Positions 40,194-49,018 of a stretch of DNA of 64,000 nucleotides are shown here, in pieces. The stretch lies in contig CP084166.1 of assembly GCA_021513695.1 (NCBI GenBank), positions 2,848,001-2,912,000 of the forward strand. The letters are read 5' to 3'. The stretch is from Candidatus Heimdallarchaeum aukensis. GTDB taxonomy: Archaea > Asgardarchaeota > Heimdallarchaeia > Heimdallarchaeales > Heimdallarchaeaceae. Within the stretch, counting starts at the first letter, position 1, and the number at the start of each line of letters is the position of its first letter. The translations under genes and the position numbers were made by a program. The notes beneath the pieces are model-generated. The model did not search any database, was not told the origin of the DNA, and saw nothing but the letters and a program-made list of their open reading frames with translations.

Positions 40194-40327
40194 GTAAATT
40201 TAAAAAAAAGAAGCAAAATAGGCTTTATTAGCTCGAAGAAATTAAATCGGTCCAAAAAATTCCAAATTAATTTTTTCTTCTTAATAAGCACAATTTATGG
40301 TAAAAGTTCTATCAATTAAACTTGTAA

Positions 40328-41377
40328 TTATAGATCCCAAAAAGAAGATAAATGTTTTTTAAATATAGCAAGTTGATATCTTGTTGTTTTGAATATTTTC
40401 CAGTTATCTTGATAAGTCAAAATTTTTGGTTTAGTTCCCATTATACCACTCAAAAAACTATTTGTACAAAAACTTAAGCTATTAAGGTCATATCCTCCTT
40501 CTGTAACAGCAATAATTCTCCCTTTTGAATATTTGTCAGCAATTTGAGAAAGTATAAATCCTGCTGCTTGAAAGGCTTCAATTTTTAAGTTAAGCATCCC
40601 TACTGGATCTGTTTCCAAACCATCGAAACCTACAGAAACTAAAACTACTTCTGGTTTAAACTGTTCTAGTATCTTTATTGATTGTTGAAATGTATAAATC
40701 CAATTTTGGGTGTTAATTTTAGGTAAGACTGGACAGTTTACTGTATATCCTGTTCCATCATAAATTCCACTCTCAAAAGGGTATCCCCTTCCTGGATATG
40801 CATAAGCTGGATGAGCATGGATTGAATAATATAAAACATCATTTCGTGAATAAAAGATGTCTGCAGTACCATTACCAAAATGTTGATCAATATCAACAAT
40901 AGCGATTTTACTAAAACCTTTGGATATCAGCGTTTCTGCGGCAATTGCAATGTTATTAAAAAAACAAAATCCTGCAACTGTTGAAGAATTAGTATGATGT
41001 CCTGGAGGTCTTACTATAGCAAAAGCTTTCTCTGTTTCATTATTAGAAACGAGCTCAGCAGCTTGTTTAGATGCCCCTGCAGCATAACATGCAGAAGAAA
41101 AAGTGTGTTTATTCAAAACATTATCCCATGTGATTACTCCTCCACCTTGAAGAGATATGGATTTTATTATATTAATTAGATTTAGATTATGAACCAGCAG
41201 AAGGTCTTCTTCCAAGATTTTCTCTGATTTTACATATTTGCATTTGTAGTTGTTCTTGTCTTTAAACAAATTAAAACCTTGGATGAATTTATCTAACCTT
41301 AGTGGTTTTTCTGGGTGCTGGGGATCCATTACATGCTTTTTCATCTCTTCATTGGAGAGTGTAATTAAATTATACAT
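40328..41377 (-). CDS. histone deacetylase / acetoin-utilisation AcuC family hydrolase
   Basis: IVRPPGHH, VDIDQHFGNGT and SVGFDGLETDP zinc-binding and catalytic motifs of the arginase/deacetylase fold. 349 aa. Confidence 0.8.
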   Translation of the reverse strand: MYNLITLSNEEMKKHVMDPQHPEKPLRLDKFIQGFNLFKDKNNYKCKYVKSEKILEEDLLLVHNLNLINIIKSISLQGGGVITWDNVLNKHTFSSACYAAGASKQAAELVSNNETEKAFAIVRPPGHHTNSSTVAGFCFFNNIAIAAETLISKGFSKIAIVDIDQHFGNGTADIFYSRNDVLYYSIHAHPAYAYPGRGYPFESGIYDGTGYTVNCPVLPKINTQNWIYTFQQSIKILEQFKPEVVLVSVGFDGLETDPVGMLNLKIEAFQAAGFILSQIADKYSKGRIIAVTEGGYDLNSLSFCTNSFLSGIMGTKPKILTYQDNWKIFKTTRYQLAIFKKHLSSFWDL

Positions 41378-41493
41378 TCAAATAAAAAATGTAGTTTTTA
41401 AGTTAAATATTTTATCTAAAAAATATTCAATTTTTAGCATTTGTAAATCCATAAATTTAAATAAAGAAGAGTTAGAAAAGTCATAAAAGCGCA

Positions 41494-42042
41494 TTGAGTG
41501 ATAAAATGGGTTTCATGTTGGATGTTGGATTGGCTTTTATGTTTGCAAGTCCTATTTTTATTTCTAATGCAATCCCCACAATTTTTGGAGGCGGTTATCC
41601 AGTCGATTTCTATAAAAACTTCATAGATGGAAAGAGAATATTAGGCAATCACAAAACCATTAGAGGGTTGCTCGCGGGGATATTATTCGGTTTTGTAGCT
41701 AGTATAGTTGTTTGGTATACAGTGGGTGACTTATTTCAACAATTATATGGTTCAATGGGTTTGAAATATCCAATCTGGATTGGTTTGGTGATGGGTTGGG
41801 GTTGTAATTTTGGAGACATGTTTGGTTCTTTTATTAAACGTCGCCTAAATATCGCTTCTGGGGGTAAGTTTCCTGTTTTTGACCAAACTGGTTATATGAT
41901 CTTTGGGCTGTTATGGTCTTGGCCAGTGTTTAAGTTTATTCCTTGGCAATTTCTAGTAACATTACTTATTATTTCTCCACTGTTACATATTCTTGCAAAC
42001 CTGCTTGCCTATGCTGTTAAAGCAAAAGACGTATGGTGGTAA
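41494..42042 (+). CDS. carS: CDP-archaeol synthase
   Basis: 182 aa with ~5 TM helices. IFGGGYPVDFYKNFIDGKRILGNHKTIRG...CNFGDMFGSFIKRR...FPVFDQ...ISPLLHILANLLAY closely follows the CarS (DUF46) pattern from my recollection of the A. fulgidus enzyme. Confidence 0.75.
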   Translation: MSDKMGFMLDVGLAFMFASPIFISNAIPTIFGGGYPVDFYKNFIDGKRILGNHKTIRGLLAGILFGFVASIVVWYTVGDLFQQLYGSMGLKYPIWIGLVMGWGCNFGDMFGSFIKRRLNIASGGKFPVFDQTGYMIFGLLWSWPVFKFIPWQFLVTLLIISPLLHILANLLAYAVKAKDVWW

Positions 42043-42171
42043 AATAATCCTTTTTTCCTAATTAATATATTCTTTTTTACATTTGTTTGAATAATGGTCT
42101 TTCAACCTATTGAGAAAAGATTATAAATATATTCTTTTTTCATAAATTTAGAAAAATATAAGTTGTAAAAG

Positions 42172-42474
42172 ATGAAAGAATGCACGCTTTATTGCCGATC
42201 TTTTCGCTGCACTAACAGAGCATTAAAAGTTGAACGCCAAGGAAATGGTTCAAAAAAATTCATCTGCAAGATGGAAGGAGACGAATGCATTGGCTATTTT
42301 TGTAAATATGCTTCTTGTGCAGAAAAAATGTTAGCTGATGATGGTCGTTGTTTACGACCAGATAAGAAAGTTGCTTCCAAACCTAAAAGACCTATTAAAA
42401 TTGACAAATACGATGTCTTTGATACTAGTTCTTTAGATGATAGACTGTACAAAAAATTGAGGAGAAAAATGTAA
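42172..42474 (+). CDS. cysteine-rich small protein (putative zinc ribbon)
   Basis: 100 aa with 11 Cys, including CTLYCRSFRC and FICKMEGDECIGYFCKYASC. Lys-rich C-terminus. Immediately upstream of the pseudo-KaiC/GTPase pair. Confidence 0.35.
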   Translation: MKECTLYCRSFRCTNRALKVERQGNGSKKFICKMEGDECIGYFCKYASCAEKMLADDGRCLRPDKKVASKPKRPIKIDKYDVFDTSSLDDRLYKKLRRKM

Positions 42475-42529
42475 TTATCTTCTACCTAACTTTTAAATAC
42501 CAAGTCGAATAAGTATTTTATCGAATGAG

Positions 42530-43315
42530 TTGAGTTATATGTTTCCCAATGCAGTTCAACCACAAAAAAATCTTCTACCTTTTGGTATTCCAAGTTTAGA
42601 TGAAATTCTAGGAGGAGGTATTCCAACAGGTTCTATAGTCTTAATAGAAGATGAAATAGGTGCAGAGGCTAATCCATTTATTTTACAGTTTTTAGCTGAA
42701 GGATTAAAAGCAGGTCAATATGGATATATTATGGCAACAGAACACCCATATGAATACTTTTCTGAAATGTTATCAGGAATAGGCGTTAATACAGACATGC
42801 TTAAAGCTACAGGAAGATTGAAATATATTGATGCTTTCTCCAATCCCTTTGGATATACTGACCTTCGTTCTGAACATGATCTTGCAGTAAGAAATATTAG
42901 TCAACCACGTGAATTAAATGAAATTATAAGAAGAGCTTTTCTTCATGTGAGAGATCAAAATGTAATCAAAAGAGGAATTGTAAGCTCGCTATCATCTATT
43001 ATTTATGCTACTGATGAATCAAAGAAGACGATTTTTTCTTTCTTACAAAATAGACTCGCAAGCAATAAACTTGATGGCTCAGTAACTCTATTCTCTTTGC
43101 ATTATGATGCACATCCAAGGTTACTAGTTAAAGCTATAGAACACTTGAGTGACGTAACAATCAGAGTGAAAAAAGGTTTCACAAAAGAAGAACGACCTCT
43201 AAACGAAGTACAAGTAATCAATATTAAAGGTAAACCCGAACTTGCCGGGGAAAGTGTACAATTTGAGTTCATTTCTGGAAAAATTATCCCATATTATGAA
43301 GAAAACCTATTCTAG
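42530..43315 (+). CDS. KaiC/RecA-like domain protein lacking a P-loop (pseudo-ATPase)
   Basis: LPFGIPSLDEILGGGIPTGSIVLIEDEIGAEANPFILQFLAEGLKAGQYGYIMATEHP matches the KaiC-like start (GIPGLDELLGGG...G). The Walker A GxxGxGKT position reads EDEIGAEA. 261 aa, overlapping the downstream GTPase ORF. Confidence 0.55.
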   Translation: MSYMFPNAVQPQKNLLPFGIPSLDEILGGGIPTGSIVLIEDEIGAEANPFILQFLAEGLKAGQYGYIMATEHPYEYFSEMLSGIGVNTDMLKATGRLKYIDAFSNPFGYTDLRSEHDLAVRNISQPRELNEIIRRAFLHVRDQNVIKRGIVSSLSSIIYATDESKKTIFSFLQNRLASNKLDGSVTLFSLHYDAHPRLLVKAIEHLSDVTIRVKKGFTKEERPLNEVQVINIKGKPELAGESVQFEFISGKIIPYYEENLF

Positions 43316-43937
43316 TTTTGATCAAAGTATTTTTTTTTCATTTATTAACACCATTAGATTTATTAATTTAGATTGTTTGTTTTATTTGATAAGTTTGTCA
43401 TTCGATTATTTGTTCAAGACAATAATTGTTGGAGACCCAAATGTTGGAAAAACTTCAATTACACTCCGATTTTCAACTGGAACTTTTAGAGAAAGATATC
43501 TTTTTACTATAGGCGTAGAATTTAGTGTTAAAGATATTGAAGTCGATGGAAACAAGGTAAAAATTCAAGCTTGGGACACTGGAGGACACGATAAATATTC
43601 CTATATTCGTCCGTTGTATTATAAGGGGTCATATGGAACATTAATTGTTTATGACATTACCAACAAAGCATCATTTGAAAATTTGAATAAATGGTTTAAA
43701 GAAGTATATGATAACTGTGAAACAACAATTCCTGCTATTCTAGTTGGAAATAAAAACGATTTGGAAGAACAGAGAGAAGTAACAAGAGAAGAAGCTTTAA
43801 AATACGCAGAAGAAATGAGTAAAGAATATAATTTGGAAAATATTCCTTATTTTGAAACTTCAGCAAAAACAGGTGAAAACGTCGACGATATCTATTTTGA
43901 ACTAACAAGATTAATGATTAAAAAATCAAACATGTGA
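43296..43937 (+). CDS. Rab/Ras-like small GTPase with His at the catalytic Gln position
   Basis: G1 GDPNVGKTS. Rab-like switch I YLFTIGVEF. G3 WDTGGHD, where canonical is DTAGQE. G4 GNKND, G5 ETSAKT. Start is ambiguous: Met at 43296, an upstream Met at 43242, or an internal TTG. There is a ~50-aa N-terminal extension before G1. Confidence 0.8.
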   Translation: MKKTYSSFDQSIFFSFINTIRFINLDCLFYLISLSFDYLFKTIIVGDPNVGKTSITLRFSTGTFRERYLFTIGVEFSVKDIEVDGNKVKIQAWDTGGHDKYSYIRPLYYKGSYGTLIVYDITNKASFENLNKWFKEVYDNCETTIPAILVGNKNDLEEQREVTREEALKYAEEMSKEYNLENIPYFETSAKTGENVDDIYFELTRLMIKKSNM

Positions 43938-44070
43938 TTTTTTTAAAGATATTTTGTCTTTTACTAGATTTCATTTTTATTCTTTAAATTTGTTATCTTT
44001 TTGATAATAAAAATAGTGTCTCATAACAAACTTTAATTTCTTTTCATTTTTATTGTTCATAAACCGAAAT

Positions 44071-44090
44071 AAACGTATTAACAAACGTTT
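44071..44090. promoter_or_regulatory. perfect inverted repeat AAACGT-N8-ACGTTT immediately upstream of the porG start
   Basis: Sequence aaacgtattaacaaacgttt. Ends 7 nt before the GTG at 44097 and 16 nt before the ATG at 44106. Positioned where an archaeal TATA/TSS-overlapping operator would sit. Confidence 0.35.
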
Positions 44091-44096
44091 ACATGG

Positions 44097-44657
44097 GTGA
44101 AAATTATGAAGATAACTGACATCAGACTAAATGGTAGGGGTGGTCAGGGAGCAGTAACTGCTTCACGTTTACTAGGTGAAGCAGCTATAAAAGAAGGACA
44201 GTATACCCATGCTTTTCCTAATTTTGGTCCAGAACGGGCTGGAGCACCTGTCACTTCTTTTACTCGTATTTGCCCTGAACCCTTTACAGAAAAAACTGAA
44301 GTTTTTGAACCTGACGTAGTTGTTGTAATTGATCCTACCCTTTTAGGAGAAGTCCCTGTTGCTCAAGGACTTAAGAAAGGAGGAACTATTGTTTGCAACT
44401 ATAGTGGAGAACTCGAAGAATTGAAAAAGTATTTTGAAGGAATTGATGCAAGTATACACAAAGTAGATGCATCCAAGATAGCTATTGAAGAATTAGGCGT
44501 AGATAAGCCAAATATGATAATGCTTGGAGCTTTACTGAAAGTACGTCCATTAGTCAAACTTGAGAGCTTGATCGAAGTAACAAAAGAACGTTTCAAAGGT
44601 TCAGTAGGAGAGAAAAACGCAAAAGCTATGCGTCGTGCATATGAAGAGGTGGAATAA
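44097..44657 (+). CDS. porG: 2-oxoacid:ferredoxin oxidoreductase gamma subunit
   Basis: LNGRGGQGAVTASRLLGEAAIKEG gamma-subunit signature. 186 aa. First gene of a GDAB operon. Confidence 0.8.
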   Translation: MKIMKITDIRLNGRGGQGAVTASRLLGEAAIKEGQYTHAFPNFGPERAGAPVTSFTRICPEPFTEKTEVFEPDVVVVIDPTLLGEVPVAQGLKKGGTIVCNYSGELEELKKYFEGIDASIHKVDASKIAIEELGVDKPNMIMLGALLKVRPLVKLESLIEVTKERFKGSVGEKNAKAMRRAYEEVE

Positions 44658-44975
44658 ATGGAGAAAAAAACCCCCCCAAAGGAATTTGAAGAGTGGATAA
44701 GTGAAAAATGGGGAACAGAAAGACTACCCGTTGGTGGTGTAGTTCCTTATCAAAGCTCTTATGGATATAAAACTGGTGATTGGTCAGCTTATAAGGCTCA
44801 TATTGATAAAGAAAAATGTATAGGCTGTCTAAATTGCTTCTTTTATTGTCCTGATTCAGCAATTGCCATGGATGAAAATAATAAAGCGGAAGCAGACTTT
44901 GATTTTTGCAAAGGATGTGGAGTTTGTGCTCAACATTGCCCTGTTGATGCAATCGAAATGAAATCATTGAGGTGA
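44658..44975 (+). CDS. porD: 2-oxoacid:ferredoxin oxidoreductase delta subunit (2x[4Fe-4S] ferredoxin)
   Basis: [12 protein letters not shown] and [12 protein letters not shown] cluster motifs. 105 aa. Confidence 0.8.
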   Translation: MEKKTPPKEFEEWISEKWGTERLPVGGVVPYQSSYGYKTGDWSAYKAHIDKEKCIGCLNCFFYCPDSAIAMDENNKAEADFDFCKGCGVCAQHCPVDAIEMKSLR

Positions 44976-46171
44976 AAAAAAAGATGATGGAACCAATAGT
45001 TAAAGGAATGACAGGAGATGAAGCTGTCGCTTGGGCAGCAAAACAAATTAATCCTGATGTTGTAGCAGCTTACCCAATTACCCCTCAAACAATAATCGTT
45101 GAAAGATTCTCCGATTATGTAAATGATGGGCTTGTTGATACCTCTTTTGTCCCAGTAGAGTCAGAACACTCTGCTATGTCTGCTTGTGTAGGAGCTTCAG
45201 CAACTGGAGCAAGAGTATTCACAGCAACAGCTTCAGCAGGTTTAGCCTTGATGTATGAAATTCTTTATGTTGCATCAGGAATGAGATTACCTATTGTTCT
45301 TGCAGTAGCAAATAGAGCATTTTCAGCTCCTATAAACATTCACGCAGAATGTACAGATCAATTAGTAACAAGAGATGCATCTTGGGTTTCTCTATTTGGA
45401 GAATCAGCACAAGAAGCCTATGATGAAACAATAATGTCTTTCAAGATTGCAGAAAATCCAAAGGTTCTACTTCCAACAATGTTTGGTGTAGAAGGATTTA
45501 TTGTTACACACGCTTTGGAAAGAGTTGACACTCTCCCAGATAAAGCGATAAAAGACTTTTTACCAGAAAAAAGAGAAGTTGAATATGCCTTTACTCCAGA
45601 TGAAATCAGAACATTTGGGTCTTTAGTTTTACAAGACTATTATATGGAAATAAAAAGGCAACAAGAAGATGCAATGCAAGAAGCTTATAAAGTAACTAAA
45701 GAAGTAATGAGCGAATATTCTGAATTAACAGGAAGAAATTATGAAATTATTGAGAAGTACAAACTTGAAGACGCAGATTATGCTTTTGTCTCATATGGAG
45801 CAACAGCAGGTAATGCCAAAGCTGTAGTAGATAATCTGAGAGAAAAAGGAGAAAAAGTCGGTAGTCTTAAAATAAGAATGTATAGACCATTTCCAGCACC
45901 AGACATATATGATGCATTGAAAGGAATAAAAGCAGTATCAATTTTAGATAGATCAGCTACTTTTGGCTCTCCAGGAACAATTGTTCAATCAGATCTTGCA
46001 ACTGCTCTATTCGGAAAGAAAGATGTACCAACACTACATGGATACATAAACGGTCTTGGAGGAAGAGTACTAACCATTCCAGAAATTGAGCAAATTTACA
46101 TGAAAACAAAGGCATACCACGACGAAGGAAAAGCACTAACTACAGAATGGTTTGGATATAGGAAAAGGTGA
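44972..46171 (+). CDS. porA: 2-oxoacid:ferredoxin oxidoreductase alpha subunit
   Basis: [28 protein letters not shown] alpha-subunit start. 399 aa. 4-nt overlap with porD. Confidence 0.8.
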   Translation: MKKKMMEPIVKGMTGDEAVAWAAKQINPDVVAAYPITPQTIIVERFSDYVNDGLVDTSFVPVESEHSAMSACVGASATGARVFTATASAGLALMYEILYVASGMRLPIVLAVANRAFSAPINIHAECTDQLVTRDASWVSLFGESAQEAYDETIMSFKIAENPKVLLPTMFGVEGFIVTHALERVDTLPDKAIKDFLPEKREVEYAFTPDEIRTFGSLVLQDYYMEIKRQQEDAMQEAYKVTKEVMSEYSELTGRNYEIIEKYKLEDADYAFVSYGATAGNAKAVVDNLREKGEKVGSLKIRMYRPFPAPDIYDALKGIKAVSILDRSATFGSPGTIVQSDLATALFGKKDVPTLHGYINGLGGRVLTIPEIEQIYMKTKAYHDEGKALTTEWFGYRKR

Positions 46172-47142
46172 TTATGATGATAGAATTACCAAGAATTAAA
46201 TTAAAAGAAATAGCAAAGCAAGACGATGTTCTTGTCTCTGGACATAGATTATGTGCAGGATGCGGAGCTGGAACAATGGCCAGACAAGTAACTCTAGCAG
46301 CTAAAGCTCTAGGAGAACCTTTCATGATTGTAAATGCTACAGGTTGTTTAGAAGTAGCAACTACTATCTATCCATTCAGCGCATGGAACGCTCCTTGGTT
46401 ACATAACGCTTTTGAAAACGCATCTGCAACAGCTTCAGGAGCTCTCGCTGCCATGGAAGCTATGCAGAGAAAAGGACTGATGAAAGAAGAAAAAGTGAAC
46501 ATGATTATTTTCGGCGGAGATGGTGGAACTTATGATATTGGACTTCAATCTCTTTCTGGAGCAATTGAGAGAGGACATGATTTCTTGTATGTATGTTATA
46601 ACAATGGAGCATACATGAATACTGGAATACAAAGAAGTGGTGGAACTCCTCAATGTGCAATAACCACAACAAGCCCAGCTGGAACGGTTATCCCAGGAAA
46701 AATAAAATGGCAAAAACCTCTCGCTGAAATTATGGCTGCACATGATATACCAACCTTTACTGCTAGTCCATTCTATCATAGAGATTTAATGCAAAAAGTT
46801 CAAGCAGGACTAAAACATGATGGGCCAGCATTCTTGCTAGTTGATTCTCCATGCAATTTAGGACAAAGATACGCACCTAACATCTCTCTTAAAACAACAG
46901 AATTAGCAGTAAAAAGTTGCTTCTTCCCATTATATTCAACTTACAAAGATGAATGGGTATTAACTAGCGAATCATTAAAGATTGCAAAGAACCCTGAAAA
47001 GAAAGTTCCAGTTGAAGAATATCTCAAACTACAAGGAAGATTTAAACATCTTTTCAAACCTGAATGGAAAGGAAAGATAAAAGAGATTCAAGAACAAGTA
47101 GACGAGAGATGGGAAAGACTGCTAAAGAAAGCAGGATTCTAA
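46168..47142 (+). CDS. porB: 2-oxoacid:ferredoxin oxidoreductase beta subunit (TPP-binding)
   Basis: Cys cluster ligands CAGCGAG...C. TPP motif FGGDGGTYDIG...NNGAYMNTG. 324 aa. Confidence 0.8.
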   Translation: MIMMIELPRIKLKEIAKQDDVLVSGHRLCAGCGAGTMARQVTLAAKALGEPFMIVNATGCLEVATTIYPFSAWNAPWLHNAFENASATASGALAAMEAMQRKGLMKEEKVNMIIFGGDGGTYDIGLQSLSGAIERGHDFLYVCYNNGAYMNTGIQRSGGTPQCAITTTSPAGTVIPGKIKWQKPLAEIMAAHDIPTFTASPFYHRDLMQKVQAGLKHDGPAFLLVDSPCNLGQRYAPNISLKTTELAVKSCFFPLYSTYKDEWVLTSESLKIAKNPEKKVPVEEYLKLQGRFKHLFKPEWKGKIKEIQEQVDERWERLLKKAGF

Positions 47143-47203
47143 AATTATTTTTTTTTCTTTTCTTTTTCCAATATATTTAAATTGTCTATTATAAAGTGTT
47201 ATT

Positions 47204-49018
47204 GTGGATTCTAAAAAGGAAATAGATATTAAAAAGCAATTAGGTGCCTTCTATACTCCTCAAGCAATAGTTGACTTTATGGTTTCCAGAGTTTTTGATT
47301 TTTTAGAAAAAAAGAAGAAAATTAACCTAAAATCGAAAAAGCAATTCACAGATTCTTTATTTTCTTTAAAAATCTTAGATCCTGCTGTCGGAACTGGAAG
47401 ATTCATTGAAGGAATAATAAGACACATAAACTATAATCTAAAGAAACTCGGATTTGAAACTAAAGATAAAGAAGAACTAATAACTGAATTTGTTTCTAAT
47501 AATTTATTTGGAATAGAGATTGATTTACTAGCTTTGAAAAAATGTAAAAGTAATTTGACTATAAAATATCCTTTTCTCAAAGAATCTCACTTAAAACAAC
47601 TAAAAGTAGGTAATTCTTTAGTAGAGCCAGATATATACAAAATGTTTGAAGATGAAAACTCTTCTCTCCTTTCTCCTTTTTCCTGGAAAGAAGAATTTCA
47701 CAACACCAAGTTTGATTTAATAATTGGTAACCCTCCTTATTTCAGTTTTAGAAAGTTAGGACTAGAAAAAATAGAAAATCAATTATTATACGACTATTTA
47801 AAAAAATCAAACTATTGGAAATGTTACTTTCGTTCTTCTGCAGATATCTACTTTTACTTTATTGTAAAATCTCTAAATCATCTAGAAAGAAAAGGAGTGT
47901 TATCTTTTATTATCCCAAGTTACTGGATAACTAACCATTTTGCTGATAAACTACGAGAAAAAATACTAAATTATAAGATTCTAGAAATCATAGATTTTCA
48001 AAACCAACAGGTATTTTATGATGGTGGAAAGAGGATAAATATTTCTTCCACCATCTTGAGTGTTATTAATGAAGTCCCCTCAAATTCTCTTTTTTCAGTA
48101 TATAAGTTGAAGAAAATCAGATCTTTAAATTTGAATGATTTTTTCAAAAAAGAAAACTTTGATGAGTTTAAAGTTTCTCAATCCTCTCTAACGAGAGAAA
48201 AATGGGTTTTGTCTCCAAATCAGCTTAAACTTAGCAAAATTGTAGAAAATAGCATAGACGGGAAAAAGTTATCTGAAATAGCGACAATTGCACAAGGTGT
48301 ATCTCCTGGAGTAAAAAACATATTTGTAATGACAGTAAATGAAGCTAAAAAAATGAAATTGGAAAAGGAGATCCTTTATCCTTTCATTACTAACAAATAT
48401 ATTTCAAAATGGACTTTTGCTTCTTCAAATCTTGTAACCATATTTCCGAAGAAAATAACTAATTTAGAAGAATATCCTTTTACTAAAGCTTATTTAGAAA
48501 AAAATAGAGAAATATTGATTAATGGCCCAGATAGGAAAAAACTTATTGCGAAAAATAAAATTAGGTGGTTTGATTTCAGTGTTTATAGGAATATTAATCT
48601 TTTTTTGAAGGAAAGAGAAAAAATACTTACTCCCTACAGAAGTAAAAGAGTAAGTTTCGCTTATGACAATGAAGGTCTTCTTGGTTCAACAGATATTTAT
48701 GCTATTTTTCCAAAGAGAAAAGAGCTGCTCTTTTATCTTTTAGGTATCCTAAATAGTAAAGTTTCGGAATTCTGGTTTAAAGAAGCAGGAAAGAAAAAAG
48801 GAACTGCAATTGAGTTTTTTTCAAAAGATCTTGCGAAATTCCCTATTCCCCCAATGAAAAATGAAAAAAAAATAACAGAAATTGTTAAACGAATAATACA
48901 TTGTAATATTAAAAATGAGTATAGTGATGTTGAAGAATTAGAGAAAAAATTAAATTATTTAGTTTTAGATGAGTACAATCTAGATGAGAGTTTCTTGCCT
49001 GATTTTTCTTTTTCTTAA
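47204..49018 (+). CDS. gamma-class N6-adenine DNA methyltransferase (TaqI/Eco57I-like) with C-terminal target-recognition region
   Basis: GTG start. N-terminal GAFYTP. Motif I LDPAVGTGRF. Motif IV IIGNPPYF. 604 aa. No adjacent restriction endonuclease ORF recognised. Confidence 0.75.
   Translation: MDSKKEIDIKKQLGAFYTPQAIVDFMVSRVFDFLEKKKKINLKSKKQFTDSLFSLKILDPAVGTGRFIEGIIRHINYNLKKLGFETKDKEELITEFVSNNLFGIEIDLLALKKCKSNLTIKYPFLKESHLKQLKVGNSLVEPDIYKMFEDENSSLLSPFSWKEEFHNTKFDLIIGNPPYFSFRKLGLEKIENQLLYDYLKKSNYWKCYFRSSADIYFYFIVKSLNHLERKGVLSFIIPSYWITNHFADKLREKILNYKILEIIDFQNQQVFYDGGKRINISSTILSVINEVPSNSLFSVYKLKKIRSLNLNDFFKKENFDEFKVSQSSLTREKWVLSPNQLKLSKIVENSIDGKKLSEIATIAQGVSPGVKNIFVMTVNEAKKMKLEKEILYPFITNKYISKWTFASSNLVTIFPKKITNLEEYPFTKAYLEKNREILINGPDRKKLIAKNKIRWFDFSVYRNINLFLKEREKILTPYRSKRVSFAYDNEGLLGSTDIYAIFPKRKELLFYLLGILNSKVSEFWFKEAGKKKGTAIEFFSKDLAKFPIPPMKNEKKITEIVKRIIHCNIKNEYSDVEELEKKLNYLVLDEYNLDESFLPDFSFS

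Noticed and set aside
43242-43295. Upstream Met start for the Rab-like GTPase overlapping the pseudo-KaiC gene by 74 nt
   Set aside because: An extension of 18 further residues (MPGKVYNLSSFLEKLSHI) adds nothing recognisable. The Met at 43296 still gives an overlap suggestive of coupling, but either start is possible, so the ambiguity is kept in the feature note.
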